Below, piece by piece: positions 26,074-38,063 of a DNA stretch of 64,000 bases. This DNA comes from Rebecca billardiae RCC1528. Lineage: Eukaryota; Protista; Haptophyta. Position numbers and translations under genes: made by a program. The notes under the pieces were generated by a model that saw nothing but the letters and a program-made list of their open reading frames with translations, did not search any database and was not told the DNA's origin. Each line of letters begins with the position of its first letter. The first letter of the stretch is position 1. The stretch covers positions 1,116,001 to 1,180,000 of the forward strand of contig OZ251223.1 of assembly GCA_965240325.2 (NCBI GenBank). The letters run 5' to 3'.

Positions 26074-28020
26074 TGACCGCGTTCCGCGGTCCTTCCGTAG
26101 AACCAACGTAGTTAGGGGCCCGCGGTGCACCCTCCGTCGGCTGCTGTCTCAGTCTGGTCAACATGGCGGGCCGATGAGGACTGTCGCCGCGGGCCCGCGC
26201 GAAGAAGTACGGACGGCGGCCGGGGCAGCGGCGCGCGCGCGCAGGGCGAGCCTGCCTTGAGGTGCTCGCGCTGCGCCACGCGCTCGACGACGGGCCGCTG
26301 GTCGCTCAGCCGGCGCGCCTCGTGCCGGCAGAGCGAGAGCGCGCACCACTCTGCTGGCCCCACCCCCAGCGGCCCCAGCCTGCGCTCACGGCGCTGCGCA
26401 GCCGCGCACCGAGTCCGAGAGGCGAGACCGAGCGGAGCTCGGGGTGGAACGAGGCGAGCGGCGGGTCGCGCCTGCCGCCGCGCGTGCGCGCCTGCTCCAC
26501 CGCGCCACCGTGCTCGCCCGCCGCCTCCTCCGCCGCGTCGGCCTCGAAGCCACGGCGGCGGCCAGCCAGCCTCCGACCGAGGCGGAGCCCGTGCGTGCTC
26601 ACTCACTCACCCGGCGCGGTGGCGCCCTCGAGTCGACGGCCGTCTACTCCACAGCTGGCTGCTCGAGCTGCTGCACGGGGCGTCGCGACGAGGGCGCCGC
26701 GCGCGCCCAGCGCGTCCGTCGCCGCGTCGCGCAGCGCGTCGAGCTCGGCGCCGCGCTTCGCCAGCTCGGCGCCCAGCGCCTCCGTGCGCACTCGTGCTCA
26801 TTCGATTGTCGTCATCGCGCTCGTCGGCTCCGTGGCGAGCCCGCGGGGCGGACGAGCGGACTACTGCGCGCCGCAGCAGGAGCAGCGCGCGGCGCGCAGC
26901 GCTCCGCGCGCAGCAGGGCCGTCTCCTCATCCACCGAGTGCACAGCCTGCGCGGCGGCGACGGCGGCGCGCGCCGCCGCGGGGGGACGCACGCGCTGCGG
27001 GCCGAGATGAGTCCGGCTGCCGAGCCGCGGTGGCGGCGTCGGCGTGCGCGCCGGGCGAGGTGGGCGAGCTCACGCGGCCCGGGCTCAGCACGCCCGTGCA
27101 CAGCGCCGGCCGCGGTGGCGAGCGCGCACCGCTCGGCCGCGGTGGCAACCGGCTGAGCGGTTCGGTTTGAAGCCGCGAGGTCAGCGACGTCTCCGATGAC
27201 TCGGCCATGATTGTGGTCCTCCTTCGCCCACGTGTGCTTTGTCGACCATCCGCTGGAGGCGCGCCAACGTCGGTACGGACAGCGCCTGCTTGAGCGTCGT
27301 GATGTGCATCAGCTCGAGCCGGCCGAAGATGGGCCCGCCGACGGCGATGATATTATGTGCGCGCTTGCCGCTGGGCACGTCGTCCTCCTCGTCGCGAGAC
27401 GCTGGCGGGCGGGTAACCCGTTTTTCTTTCATTATGGCAAAGGAGGTTCATCCATCGAGGCAGGCGGGTAACTTGGTTTAACCAGCGCTATTCAAAACAA
27501 TCCCTTCATTATGACACAGGAGGTTCATCCATCGAGGCAGACGGGTAACTTGGTTGGACAATAAGCGCTATTGAAAAGAATCTCTTTTAATATGACGAGG
27601 CGGTTCATCCATCGAGGCAGGCGGGTAACGTATTTGAACAAGCACTATTCAAAAGAATCTGGCCTCATAGCTGTTTTCGACCCAAAACAATCAAACGTCG
27701 CTCGGCAAACTCGTACTTCAGCATACAAGAGGGGTAGGAATACTCACTTGTTTCACCCCCGGGGTATCTGATCCCACGTCCGTCCATCGACATACGGCGA
27801 ATTGGCGGGCGCGCTTATTTCGTCAATCGCGTCTTGCGGATAGACAGCAATGTACGGTACGTACCCCTCGAAAAAGCGAAAATTCACCCTCCAACAGCCC
27901 TCAAAATCGTCCCCCGTCCCCTTTGGCCTTTATTTCTTTGATCAAAAGATCTTTTTGACAACGTAGTGAGGGCCCCCGGCGGGGCTCCACGCTACGCGCT
28001 CCGCCCTGCACCGCGGGCCA
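26074..28020 (-). mobile_element. Non-autonomous element copy 2 (same family as 13532-14721), longer, with different interior
   Basis: Left end tgaccgcgttccgcggtcc at 26074 and right end ...ctccgccctgcaccgcgggcca at 28020 match copy 1 in reverse. 13-bp IR ggcccgcggtgca at 26117 versus 28007-28019. Confidence 0.72.
27428..27660. repeat. Three ~78-bp imperfect tandem repeats inside element copy 2
   Basis: Core ggttcatccatcgaggcag(g/a)cgggtaac...ctatt(c/g)aaaa recurs at ~27444, ~27521 and ~27602. Confidence 0.85.
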
Positions 28021-28724
28021 TAAAATACAATAAAGGCGGGCAGTGATATGTATATCTGTATACGCTTGCAAATGTAGCTTATTATTTTCTGCACCTTAAT
28101 CCAGTTACAAAATCTCATCCACAAAATCATCTGCGCGCATTATTATTTTGATTTGCGGAGCACGTGCGCCCCCCCCCCCCCCCCCCCCCCGGCCCCGGCC
28201 CCGGCTTTCGCTCCGACTCACGCTCAGCCTGGGAGGGGGGGGGGGGGCATATAGTGAAAGTCGTCGTATAGCTGCGACTGCCATTATACTGCTACTGCTA
28301 TAGAATTGTAAGACCGTTGACTAGCTACCGCCATGATCACTAATAATGACGATACGATATATTCAGTCGGACCGTCGCCACCGGCCGGCCACGCCCGGGC
28401 GGGCTGCGCCCTCAACCAGTCGCCGATCACTGATCAGATTCAGTGACACTGCCTACTGCTGAGAGCCGGGGGTGCGGCGCAGTCACTGCATTGTCAGTTC
28501 GGCTGCTGCTACGTACTAGCTAAGTAAACTGCTGCTAGCTAGCTTTTGCGCCGAGTATATTCAATTAATAATAACCACTCGGACGCGCAAAAGCTCACCA
28601 CGGCGCGCCTTTAACGTACTGACTACTACTGTCAATGCTACTGAGTAGCCGGAACTCAAACACCAGTTGCCTGAATATCATAGGCGGGTGTTATAATTAA
28701 TAATATTTAATTATTAAGCTAGGG

Positions 28725-28832
28725 AGAGAGAGATCGAGAGAGATCGAGAGAGATCGAGAGATCGAGATCCGTCAGATCGAGATCGAGATCGAGCTCAGAG
28801 AGAGAGCTAGACGGAGAGAGAGAGAGAGAGTC

Positions 28833-28906
<74 letters not shown>
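28725..28906. repeat. (GA)n / gagatc microsatellite
   Basis: Read directly from the sequence. Confidence 0.95.
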
Positions 28907-28908
<2 letters not shown>

Positions 28909-29300
28909 GACGACGACGGCAGATGCGGCCGCGGCCGAGCGCCTTCCGGCTTCCCGCTCCTATCCGGATCGGGAGAGTGAGTCGTCAGGCGCTCAGTCGA
29001 GTCAGTCGTACACTCGTACAGACAGTAGTGAGATCAGTTAGACAGCCAGACAGACAGAGCGACAGACGTGACGCCGAGAGACTATGACGGAGAGAGAGAT
29101 GATACGTACAGGTTTTCGCCGGGGCTGCAGACCCGGCGTCGTCAGACTCTGCGGTGATGAAGCCTGCTCGTGATAAGCCTCGTAACATTTAAGTAGTAAG
29201 GCTTACAGAAGGCACAGCAGTACGCGGTCTGACTCGGAGCTCGGACGAGTGCGAGTGCGCGTCACTACGGGTTACGTGGCACACCACAGTACGCATATCA

Positions 29301-30176
29301 TCATCCTGTGCGCCGACTGGGCGAGTCACCTGCGCGCGAGGGCTGCGCAGCGTCCGACACGGCCCAGCTTGCGGGCGCAAAGCGGTTCACGTACGCCAGC
29401 CCGTGTGGCAGCTCACCCTCCGCCTCCACGAGCCGGTTGCCACTGAGGGCCATCTGCTCGACGACCACCGAGACGGGCACCCACTCACCCAGGTGGTTCT
29501 TGCGCATGACGACCTTGACTGCGCAGCAGCCCTGCGGGCCGTTGAGCAGGAAAGTCGGCCGCCACGCATCGGAACGCATGGTGCCAGTAAAGATGGCGTC
29601 GCCGCTGGGCCAGACCGAGCTCGGCCACATGCTGGTGACGCCTTGGCCGATCACGCGCTGGACGTCCGGCTGGGTCTCCAGCTTTTGCACGAGCGCGAAG
29701 AGGGCTTTGTCCTTGGCATCAAGCTCCAAGCGCGTCTCGTTCGACCACCCGCTCTCGCTGACGCCGTAGAATCGGCGAGCTTCGCGATCATACGCCGAGC
29801 CATCTTCCGGCCCATACAAGAGGTCATCGGCTCCGTCTGGGTCGTACCACTCGTACACCAGCCACAGCCAGACGCCACCGCCTGTGATCATCAGCGCCCA
29901 TCGGCAAGCCGTGCCGAAGAAGCCGAGCACGCCACCGCCTCCGCCGCCGCCGCCACCGCCGCCCCCGGTGGCACGCCCAGTCGAGCCAGCACCATTGCCG
30001 ACGCCGACCCGACGCGACGGAGCGGATGACATGGCGCGCGCCGCGTGGCCTGCTGGCCGCGATGATAGGCGATGTGCTACACACATCGACGCCGCGGGTA
30101 CAGAACTTCTCAGCACTGACGGAGCCCCTCGCCGCCCTGCCGCGGCCGCCAGCCGGAACCCTGCTGCTGCGAGCAT
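29301..30176 (-). CDS. Probable mitochondrial inner-membrane protein, Coa1/Tim21-like
   Basis: Arg/Ala/Ser-rich presequence MLAAAGFRLAAAAGRR, one TM (WALMITGGGVWLWLVY), then ALFALVQKLETQPDVQRVIGQG and a beta-rich domain. Family call is by resemblance only. Confidence 0.6.
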   Translation of the reverse strand: MLAAAGFRLAAAAGRRGAPSVLRSSVPAASMCVAHRLSSRPAGHAARAMSSAPSRRVGVGNGAGSTGRATGGGGGGGGGGGGVLGFFGTACRWALMITGGGVWLWLVYEWYDPDGADDLLYGPEDGSAYDREARRFYGVSESGWSNETRLELDAKDKALFALVQKLETQPDVQRVIGQGVTSMWPSSVWPSGDAIFTGTMRSDAWRPTFLLNGPQGCCAVKVVMRKNHLGEWVPVSVVVEQMALSGNRLVEAEGELPHGLAYVNRFAPASWAVSDAAQPSRAGDSPSRRTG

Positions 30177-30394
30177 CGCGCCCGGGCTGTGACGTGGAGC
30201 TGGGTCGGGCCGCTGCGATGGGGGCCCGGCCGGACTTTGCCCGATGACTTGTAGTTGAAGAGTTGATCTGAAGCCGGTTGCCATGGCTGCGCCTTGCTGT
30301 ACCAGTAGTAGTCGCGCCTTGGCGTCTGGACTCCGGCCCTTGGCACCCGATCTGCCGTCCAGATCGCCGCGTGGCAGCCTTCGTCGTCGTCATT

Positions 30395-31331
30395 ATGCTT
30401 CGATCTGCATGCTTCCTCAGCCTCGCTGCGGCCTGCGCGGCGTACCACGGCAGGGCACCGGCGGCGTCGGGCTTGGCGAGCAGCCGCGTCGTTGCCTCTC
30501 GCGCTGCGGTCGCCAGCGGTCGGCGTGCTGTGGTCGGCATGGAAGAAGAGGTGTCTGCGGAGGTGGCGGCCGCAACGTATAGCCTGGACAACGTCGTGCT
30601 TGACGGCCCGTTGCAGCCGCTTAAGGACCAGGTGCGCGCATGCATGGGCGGGCATGCGAACCGATCTGCATACCGCGGCTACTGCGCGCGTCCGCTCGCC
30701 GGAAGCTCACGCCTCCTCGCGCCGCCGGCCGCGTGTGCGGCTCTGTTGCGCGCCCACGGCCGCCGCCGCGCAGATCCTCGTGAAGCTGGATGAGCCCAGC
30801 AAGCAGACCACGGGCGGTCTGTTCTTGACATCCGGCGAGTCTGACACACCAACAAGCGGCGTGGTGGTCGGTGCTGGGCCGGGCAAGCCCCACCCCCACT
30901 CGGACGTGCTCATCACCAACCCGATCAAGGCTGGCGACAAGGTGATGTTTGGCGAGTTCACGGGCACCAAGGTGAAGTACTGCCTGGATGACCACGTGAT
31001 GCTCACGCTCGACGAGGTGCTGTGCAAGGTGGTCGATGGCAAGCTCGAGCCCATCCGTGACCGCCTCATGCTCAAGCCGATCGAGAAGCCGGTCTCGACG
31101 AGCGCTGGCATCGTGCTGACCAATGAGGCTGCCAAGGCGCAGGAGGTGCCCAACCAGGGGGAGGTGATGGCAGTGGGCGAGGGGCGCTTCACCGCGCGTG
31201 GCGACATCGAGCCTATGGACGTCAAGGTTGGCGAGAAGGTGATGTTCACCAAGTACGGAGGTACGGAGGTCGTGTACAATGGGCAGAAGTACGTGTTCGT
31301 GTTTGCGGCGGACTGCCTGGCCAAGTACTGA
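30395..31331 (+). CDS. CPN20: Plastid co-chaperonin Cpn20 (two tandem GroES domains); exons 30395-30631 and 30774-31331
   Basis: PLKDQ|ILVK...TTGGLFL, GVVVGAGPG, GDKVMF; second domain PIRDRLM...TSAGIVL, GEVMAVGEG, VKVGEKVMFTKYGGTEV. Signal plus transit peptide. The GT-AG intron keeps frame. Confidence 0.93.
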
Positions 31332-32719
31332 ATGAACGAACGAACGACGAACGAGAAGCAGCTCTCGCCGACGAACACCTCGTGCGCGGTGCCGCTTCAA
31401 CACGTGGCGCTGCATTGGGTCGCCGTCGACACTGGCAGAGCCTCGTGATGCCGAGCGCCCCCCCTCCCCTCCCGGCTTGATGAGCACATGTGCCGCGCGC
31501 AGTCCTGACTGAGTGAGATGGGCTCTGGCAGACACGTAACTACCGACGTAGTCGTAAGTCATCCGCCGACCTGACTCTGTAGTCATCTGAGCAGTCACGA
31601 GTGTCAGTGTCCAGTCTCGATGACGTTGCCAGGCACCCGGTGACAGCTGTTGGGATCTTGGATCATGATGGCACCCCTGGCCCTGCGACCGCTCGGACCG
31701 GTCGGGCCGGTTAGTCCGAGCCCGACTGACTCAAACGGTATTCTGAATCTTCCGCGATGCTTCTTCAAATATTGTTTGTGATGACTACTGACTCTGAAAC
31801 TTGGATGACTTCTATACATCAGTACAGTACTGCTGTTGCTCATCTCATTTCGAGTCAATCGAGTATCGCGACGAAATCAGCCTGCGACTGAATCATGACT
31901 GTGTCTGTGAATCGAGTCTGAGTCTCGGTCGTAACACCGACTCGGACACACGGTACGTGGTGAGTGTAAGCTAGCTAGCGGCGCCACGTATGACGTAGCT
32001 TAGCCGATGTTACAACTCGAACTCGATGTAAATATTATTAAAATATCCGATGTTCCGCCTTAGAATGAATAATCAGCAATACGACGCTGAGTTCGGACGA
32101 CGTCACTGTATTATGCTACTTTATCGTCACTATTAGCTACTACTGTCTGTGAGTACCAACTTGCATCATTGGCAGGTACTGTAACTATAAATTATTATGT
32201 ATTCGTCAATCAGTGACTACTTTCAGTGTCCGTGACTAGCCGTGTAAGCTACTACTCACTGTTAGTACACGGTGAGTCGGTAGCTTACGCTATTCAGAGT
32301 GAGTATTCTTAGACTACCCATCACTGCACTTTATAGTTTATATTGGCGGGCATTGGGGGATTGCTCTCAGCGACATCAGTGGCGGCCGTCCGCTGCGCGC
32401 TCTGCTGCCGACAGAGTGCCGTCGCGGCGTCTGCGTTGACCATTACGACACACGGGCCTCACGGTCACGCACGATTCACGGCGCGCGCGGCGGTTGATAT
32501 AATTTGATAAATATATTTATAATAATATAATAAAAGATAATAATAATGACGCGGTTATTATAAAATACAATGCGATAGCTTAACGTTTTCGTCAAATAAT
32601 CTGATGACAATTGCAATAGCGCTGTATATAAATTATTAGTTTGTTATGAAAACACCACCAGGTTCAAGGAATCGCGCAGGATGAAAATAATGCCGCAGCT
32701 GACCAGGGACTGCAACGAG

Positions 32720-34213
32720 TCAGAGCGCCTGCCCGGTGGAGATTGTCAACAGAGCCAGAAGCTTGCGCACCCACGGCATGCTGAGCAGAGTAACGACCAG
32801 TGCGCCATTGAGCACCATTCCGCCGACAGCGAATGGGAACGAATCTGCGTCATCGGCCAGAGCCAGCGTGGAGCCGGCATTGCCCGCACACGAGAGCGAG
32901 AGCCCACGGGCGACAGGATCGCGAACGCCAAAGTGATCGAGAAGCGGCTTGCCGAGTGGGATCGTGGTCAGGCCGGTAATGACGACGGCAAGGATCGCAA
33001 TGCCTCGCTCTGCACGGAGGCATGCCGTCGCCTCGAGCGCCAGCGGCATCGTGATCGAGCGCGGAAGCAGCGCAGATCGCAGCCCGGGTGCAATGCCGAG
33101 CGCGCGCACCGACGCGGCCGAGATCGCAAGTCCCAGGCACGCGCTCGTACCGATGACCCCAAGCACTTGCACGCCTCGCGACGCAATGTCCCGCCGGTGC
33201 GTGTACAGCGCGAACGCGAACGAGGCCACCGCCGGTCCGAGCATCGCCCCAAGAGCGCCGCCACCGCCGGCGATGAACTCAGAGACGGCCGACTGCAGCG
33301 GCCGGCCAAGGGCTGTTGCCATGGCGGAGAGTGCCGCGCCGTTGAAGATCACGGCGAGAACGATCGGGTGGACCCACGTGCGCACGCGCGCAGGCAGGAG
33401 CTCGCCGACAGTGAGCCCGAGTGGGGCCAGGGCCATGTAGTAGCCATGCAGGGCTTGGTTGCCAGCAGATGTGCCGCGAAGGGCCAGGGCGGCGCCTCCG
33501 AGGATGGCGGTGCTCACAAGAAGCAGCCGCCGTGCTAGGGAGCCGCCGATGCGCGGGCTGGGGCTGGCATTGGTGCGCGTTCCGATTGCGGGAGCAGGCG
33601 TCGACAGGGGAGCGGGGGGTGGGACGTCCGGCGTCGCAGAGCCGCGTGCCAAGCACACCAGGGCTATCACAAGGGCTGCATGGAGCGCGAGGGAAGCGTG
33701 GCAAAAGAGGATCAACGCCAGGAATGACGCCGGCGGCAAAGCGGGAAGCGTCCATGGGAGCGGCACAATCCCCGGCACGTAGAAGGCGGGCAGCCATCTC
33801 GTCAAGAAGGAGCAGCCCGGAGCGAAAAACGCGTGCACGCGCTCGGCCAGGTCCAGACGCACCGCGGCCAGCATGCACATACTCGCCGCGATCGCCATCA
33901 TGGAGAGGAGAGAGGGGCTAAAGGTGAGTCCGATGGAGCTGAGCACGGCCGATGACGCCGCGTTGACGCCGGCCAGGGCCGCGATGGGCAGCACCGCCTT
34001 GCAGACGGCAGCAATCGATGATTGTCGGGCCGGCGCTGGCTGGGCGCGTGCATGCAGCGTAGGGCGTCGAGCGACGGCATGGCGGCGCAACCGAGTAATG
34101 TCCGTTGGACCACCCGCAGCAGGACGCAGCAGCGGTGACTCACTGCCGCACGTCGAGATGCACACGGCTGTGATAAGCAGCACGAGCACCGCGCGTCGTC
34201 CGCGCGCCATCAT
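32720..34213 (-). CDS. LrgAB-family plastid glycolate/glycerate translocator (PLGG1-like)
   Basis: FLTRWLPAFYVPGIVPLP, LGPAVASFAFALY, LLPRSITMPLAL and DPVARGLSL motifs. N-terminal signal peptide. Confidence 0.88.
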   Translation of the reverse strand: MMARGRRAVLVLLITAVCISTCGSESPLLRPAAGGPTDITRLRRHAVARRPTLHARAQPAPARQSSIAAVCKAVLPIAALAGVNAASSAVLSSIGLTFSPSLLSMMAIAASMCMLAAVRLDLAERVHAFFAPGCSFLTRWLPAFYVPGIVPLPWTLPALPPASFLALILFCHASLALHAALVIALVCLARGSATPDVPPPAPLSTPAPAIGTRTNASPSPRIGGSLARRLLLVSTAILGGAALALRGTSAGNQALHGYYMALAPLGLTVGELLPARVRTWVHPIVLAVIFNGAALSAMATALGRPLQSAVSEFIAGGGGALGAMLGPAVASFAFALYTHRRDIASRGVQVLGVIGTSACLGLAISAASVRALGIAPGLRSALLPRSITMPLALEATACLRAERGIAILAVVITGLTTIPLGKPLLDHFGVRDPVARGLSLSCAGNAGSTLALADDADSFPFAVGGMVLNGALVVTLLSMPWVRKLLALLTISTGQAL

Positions 34214-34381
34214 CTGTCGGGGTTCCTGAATCGTCCGGCTGATCAACAAGCTGAAAGCACCGTAGTGCGTCCGGACCAAGGGGTTCAATCCGGACGCACG
34301 CCGACTCGCGAGCGGGGAGCTCCGACGAGCTGAACGCTTTGCATCCCGCTGGCCGTGGGCCGAGCGCGCTCTTATCCCTAG

Positions 34382-35217
34382 ATGCGTGGCACTCAACACG
34401 CCATCGCTCTTGCAGCGGGTGTCGTGCTCGGGCTCGCTGGGCAGGCCCTGATGACGCGGCTGCGCATCTTGTACATGTCCAAGATGCGGCGCCGCCGTCT
34501 GCCGTACTTTCTCTCGGACCGCTGTGCTGAGGCACAGCGCTTGCGATCTGGCGGTCGATTCGAGGCCCGGCACCCAGATGTCTGGCCGATGCTGCGATAC
34601 GCCAAGGAGATGTGCGACGAGTTCAACTCTCAGCCACTCGGCGCGCGCCCGCGCGAGGTCATCCTCCGGGATCTGTTCGGCTCCATACCGACCGTCGGTC
34701 CACCGCCAAACGTGGAGGCCCCGATCTATGTATGTGCTGAGCGCGCCCGCTCTTGCTGTCAGCTATCCCTTCAGTACATTTGCCTTATCCGCCCCCATCC
34801 TGCTGACCCTGCTTGTGTGACCGCCCGCAGGTAGATTATGGCTGTCACATCACTGTGGGGAAGGACTTTTATGCAAACAACGGCTGCATCTTGTTGGATG
34901 GCTGCGAGATCAAGATCGGCGACTACGTGAAGCTCGCGCCAAACGTGCAGATCTACACAGCAGAGCATCCGCTTGACCACGTCGAGAGAAGGGCCGTGGA
35001 GTCAGGTCGCCCCGTCACCATTGGTGATGACGTTTGGATCGGTGGTGGCGCCATCATCCTGCCAGGCGTCACGATTGGGAATCGGGCGGTGGTCGCTGCG
35101 GGTGCCGTCGTCACCAAGGACGTCCAGGCCGACACCATCGTTGCGGGCTGCCCAGCACGAGTCATCCGTGACCTGCACTCTGATCCACCGGTTGTGGTGT
35201 CCACTCCGCGGCGATAA
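34382..35217 (+). CDS. Maltose/galactoside O-acetyltransferase-like hexapeptide-repeat enzyme; exons 34382-34729 and 34831-35217
   Basis: EAPIY|VDYGCHITVGKDFYANNGCILLD, PNVQIYTAEHP, PVTIGDDVWIGGGAIILPGVTIG, GAVVTKDV, AGCPARVIR. Confidence 0.92.
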
Positions 35218-35572
35218 GTATACGATTACAGCTAGCCTTAGAGTACGCTACGTCAGCATCACTATCATCGACGATGATATATTATATTAAATTAGCTAGC
35301 GTCGACGTGCCACTCACACGTCATGTCACATTGACATGTGATGTGGTGTCCGTCACAGTGTCCGTGACTCGTCCGAGACCGATTGATTATTATTATTAGC
35401 TGCTTACTCTCGAGACTATGTGACTTGTGAACGTGGTCGTGGAGGACGACCGAGTCGACTGACCGTCCGACGCCGACGGCGACGACTGACGACTTGTTAC
35501 TAAATAAGTAAAAGTTACATTTAAGTTACTCACTCACTCAGGCTGACGCGAGGCGGTTCGTCTTCGGAACAC

Positions 35573-35859
35573 CGAGTAGCTACACACTAGCTGACGATGA
35601 CAGTAACAGTTCCCGGGGATGATATTATTGATAATATCGTTATAGTCAGCACTCATGAGTCATGAGCGACTCATGCGTCTCATCCTAAGACACAGCGCAA
35701 AATGTATAAATTTTATACATATATTAATATAGTATCTGTGTCTTAGGATGAGACGCATAAGTCGCTCATGAGTGCTAATGACTAACGATATTATCAATAT
35801 AATATCATCCCCGGGAACTACTGTTACTGGATCATCGTCAGCTAGTGTGTAGCTACTCG
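35573..35859. repeat. ~290-bp AT-rich palindrome (MITE-like) with ~120-bp arms
   Basis: cgagtagctacacactagctgacgatga...gcgtctcatcctaagacacag is inverted as ctgtgtcttaggatgagacgc...tcatcgtcagctagtgtgtagctactcg. The loop has its own hairpin atgtataaattttatacat. Confidence 0.9.
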
Positions 35860-35987
35860 ATGATTCAGTCAGCGTATTATTCGTGAGACGTCTTCATCAT
35901 CGGTCAGCCAGCCAGCACACGACGGTGCACGACGGCATTATATTGGCAACTATTGCGCCAATGTTCACTAATGTTGACCATCAGGCA

Positions 35988-37409
35988 TCAGTTGTCCGTC
36001 TCCATCATGTCCGCAGAAGCTGCATCACCATCACGCGACCGCCCTGCTGCCGGCTTGGCATCGGCGGGTGTGCGAGAGCCTGCATCGCGCAGAAGCTCGT
36101 GGACCTGGTCGAACGACTCCGCCCTGCGGCACAACGCGAGATGCGCACAGGGAAGGCACAGGGGCGCAGACGCCATCAGAGCGGACGACTTGAGTGCCGA
36201 GCACACGCCGACATCCCCGCCATGCACGCGCAAGTGCCACGCACCACTCATGCAGCTCCTGCGCACACTCGCTTGATGGCCGCTCACGTAGCTGCGTCGT
36301 CCTCCACTCGAGGTGTCGCTCAGCCGCCTCGCGGTCTTCAGCCCGCACGGCGGCAAGTGCCGCGAGATAGCGCAGCTCCGCGGAATCCTCGTCCTGATGC
36401 CACAGCGACACGCGACCGCGGCGACGGTGCTGGGGAGGGGGGGAATCAGCCAGTGCGTGCAGTGCGTGCTGTGTGCACCCGCAGGCATCGGCAACGCGTG
36501 ACGCACCTCGAGGAGCAGCTGCTCAAGCACATCGCACGCGGCGTCCGGCATTTCTGCCTCGAGTAGCAGCTTGCCCGTCGTCGTGCGGAACTCGTGCGTC
36601 GGGAGCTTCGCGAGGTCACCGCTGTCGACGGCCGCTGCTGTGAGCGAGGCAACCTGCGTGAGTGCTGTGCGCGCCTCCTCACGCCGCGACTGGGTGAGGC
36701 GCAGGTTGGCGAGCGCCTGCAGGGCCTCAGCTTGAGCAGCTGGGGACGATTCGCCGAGGGACAACGCATGCTGCACCGCTGACTCGCACCGCTGCTCCGC
36801 ATCTGGCTCGTCGCACAGGTCGGTGAGGAACACCTGCCAGCACACCGCGTGCAGGCCAGGGGGTGGCGTTAGGCCAGTGAGCAACCCAGCAGGCTGGCAA
36901 TGAGACGCGCGGAGCGGGCACGCGGATGGGCCCCGGATCGAGGCGCGCGCGCGCACCTCGGCAATGGCGCAGTGCGCCGCACACATCTGCTGCTGCAGCT
37001 CGACGAGCTCGTCGTCATTCGCGCGCGCGGCCTTTTTGGACAGCTTCGACGAGCCTGCGCGCCGTGCTTTGAGCACCTCGGCGTGGGCGTCCATGAGAGC
37101 GAGCCCTTGCTCGTAGCAGCTCAGCGCCTCGGCCCCGCTGAGGAATTGCCCCAGGTTCATGTACTTGGCATAACCCTCATTCGGCTGCAGTTCGATGCTG
37201 CGCCGCAGCACGGGCACGGCACGCTCTGGCTCTCCCAGTCGCACCAAGAGCTCACCCGTCGCGTCAAGGACCTCGCAATCATCAGGGGCGACATCTAGAG
37301 CTCGCTCGTAGAACTTGAGCGCCAGCGGAAGCTCGAACGTGTCGACGCACTGCCGCGCGCGAGAGACCAGGTCGTCCCGCGACGCAGGGGCCTTGGCGGC
37401 CGTCGCCAT
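35988..37409 (-). CDS. ACL4: TPR protein, assembly chaperone of Rpl4 (ACL4-like), several introns
   Basis: LALKFYERAL, SIELQPNEGYAKYMNLGQF, and HCAIAE|VFLTDLCDEPDAEQRCE joined across a GT-AG intron. The 3' exon structure is approximate. Confidence 0.78.
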   Translation of the reverse strand: MATAAKAPASRDDLVSRARQCVDTFELPLALKFYERALDVAPDDCEVLDATGELLVRLGEPERAVPVLRRSIELQPNEGYAKYMNLGQFLSGAEALSCYEQGLALMDAHAEVLKARRAGSSKLSKKAARANDDELVELQQQMCAAHCAIAEVRARASIRGPSACPLRASHCQPAGLLTGLTPPPGLHAVCWQVFLTDLCDEPDAEQRCESAVQHALSLGESSPAAQAEALQALANLRLTQSRREEARTALTQVASLTAAAVDSGDLAKLPTHEFRTTTGKLLLEAEMPDAACDVLEQLLLEVRHALPMPAGAHSTHCTHWLIPPLPSTVAAVACRCGIRTRIPRSCAISRHLPPCGLKTARRLSDTSSGGRRSYVSGHQASVRRSCMSGAWHLRVHGGDVGVCSALKSSALMASAPLCLPCAHLALCRRAESFDQVHELLRDAGSRTPADAKPAAGRSRDGDAASADMMETDN

Positions 37410-37571
37410 TGGCCACGCGCCCGTCGTCTCCAGCTGAGGCCAGGCGGCTCCTGCAGTCCTGCTGGGCGGAGCGAAGTTGCAGGCCGGGCGGACGCAGGCG
37501 CGCGGCAGGACGCGGACGGCACATCTGCCCACGCAGCATGCGGCATGCCTGACTCACGATACTGTATCAGC

Positions 37572-38063
37572 ATGGCGTCTGCTGTGCGTGTGTCGGTCAA
37601 GGCGGCTGATCAGCCCCGCAGTGTCAGCGTGCTCTGCACAGTGGACGCAAGACAGCCGATGGATGCGTTCGTGCGCTCAGCGTGCGCACGGCTGGGCCTC
37701 ATGATCGGTAGCGACGAGCTTGTGCGCGTGCATCTGGGGCACACGGACACGATCGTGATGGATGCACAGGATATCCGCGAGGGTGACTTGCTGGTCCTGC
37801 ATGTCGATCGCCCTCCGAGACCCACCAGGCAGGTCGAGACGACAGACCATCACCGGATCACATTTCGAGCAGAGGTGCTGCGCGCCATCATGATCGTCCT
37901 CATCTTCGTCATGCTCGACTGCATGCTGCGACGGGCATGGTCCCCCTCACCCTCTGCAGCGCGAACAAACGCCCCTGGCGGGCTTAGCAGTGCCGAGCGA
38001 GCAGATCTGATCGCGCGTGTGTGTCCACGAGGAGTCGAGTGCACCATGATGGAGGGCGGCTGA
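37572..38063 (+). CDS. Small protein with a ubiquitin/KHA-like beta-grasp domain and a C-proximal TM helix
   Basis: VRVSVK...FVRSACARLGL...IVMDAQDIREGDLLVL, then AIMIVLIFVMLDCML. Confidence 0.6.
   Translation: MASAVRVSVKAADQPRSVSVLCTVDARQPMDAFVRSACARLGLMIGSDELVRVHLGHTDTIVMDAQDIREGDLLVLHVDRPPRPTRQVETTDHHRITFRAEVLRAIMIVLIFVMLDCMLRRAWSPSPSAARTNAPGGLSSAERADLIARVCPRGVECTMMEGG

Noticed and set aside
27428-27660. CRISPR-like appearance of the repeated 28-bp core
   Set aside because: The intervening sequences are homologous to each other, so this is a tandem repeat; eukaryotic context and no cas genes.
28168-28248. Poly-C ... poly-G inverted tracts (also poly-G at 4728-4745)
   Set aside because: Homopolymers with no further structure; their lengths are unreliable in assemblies.
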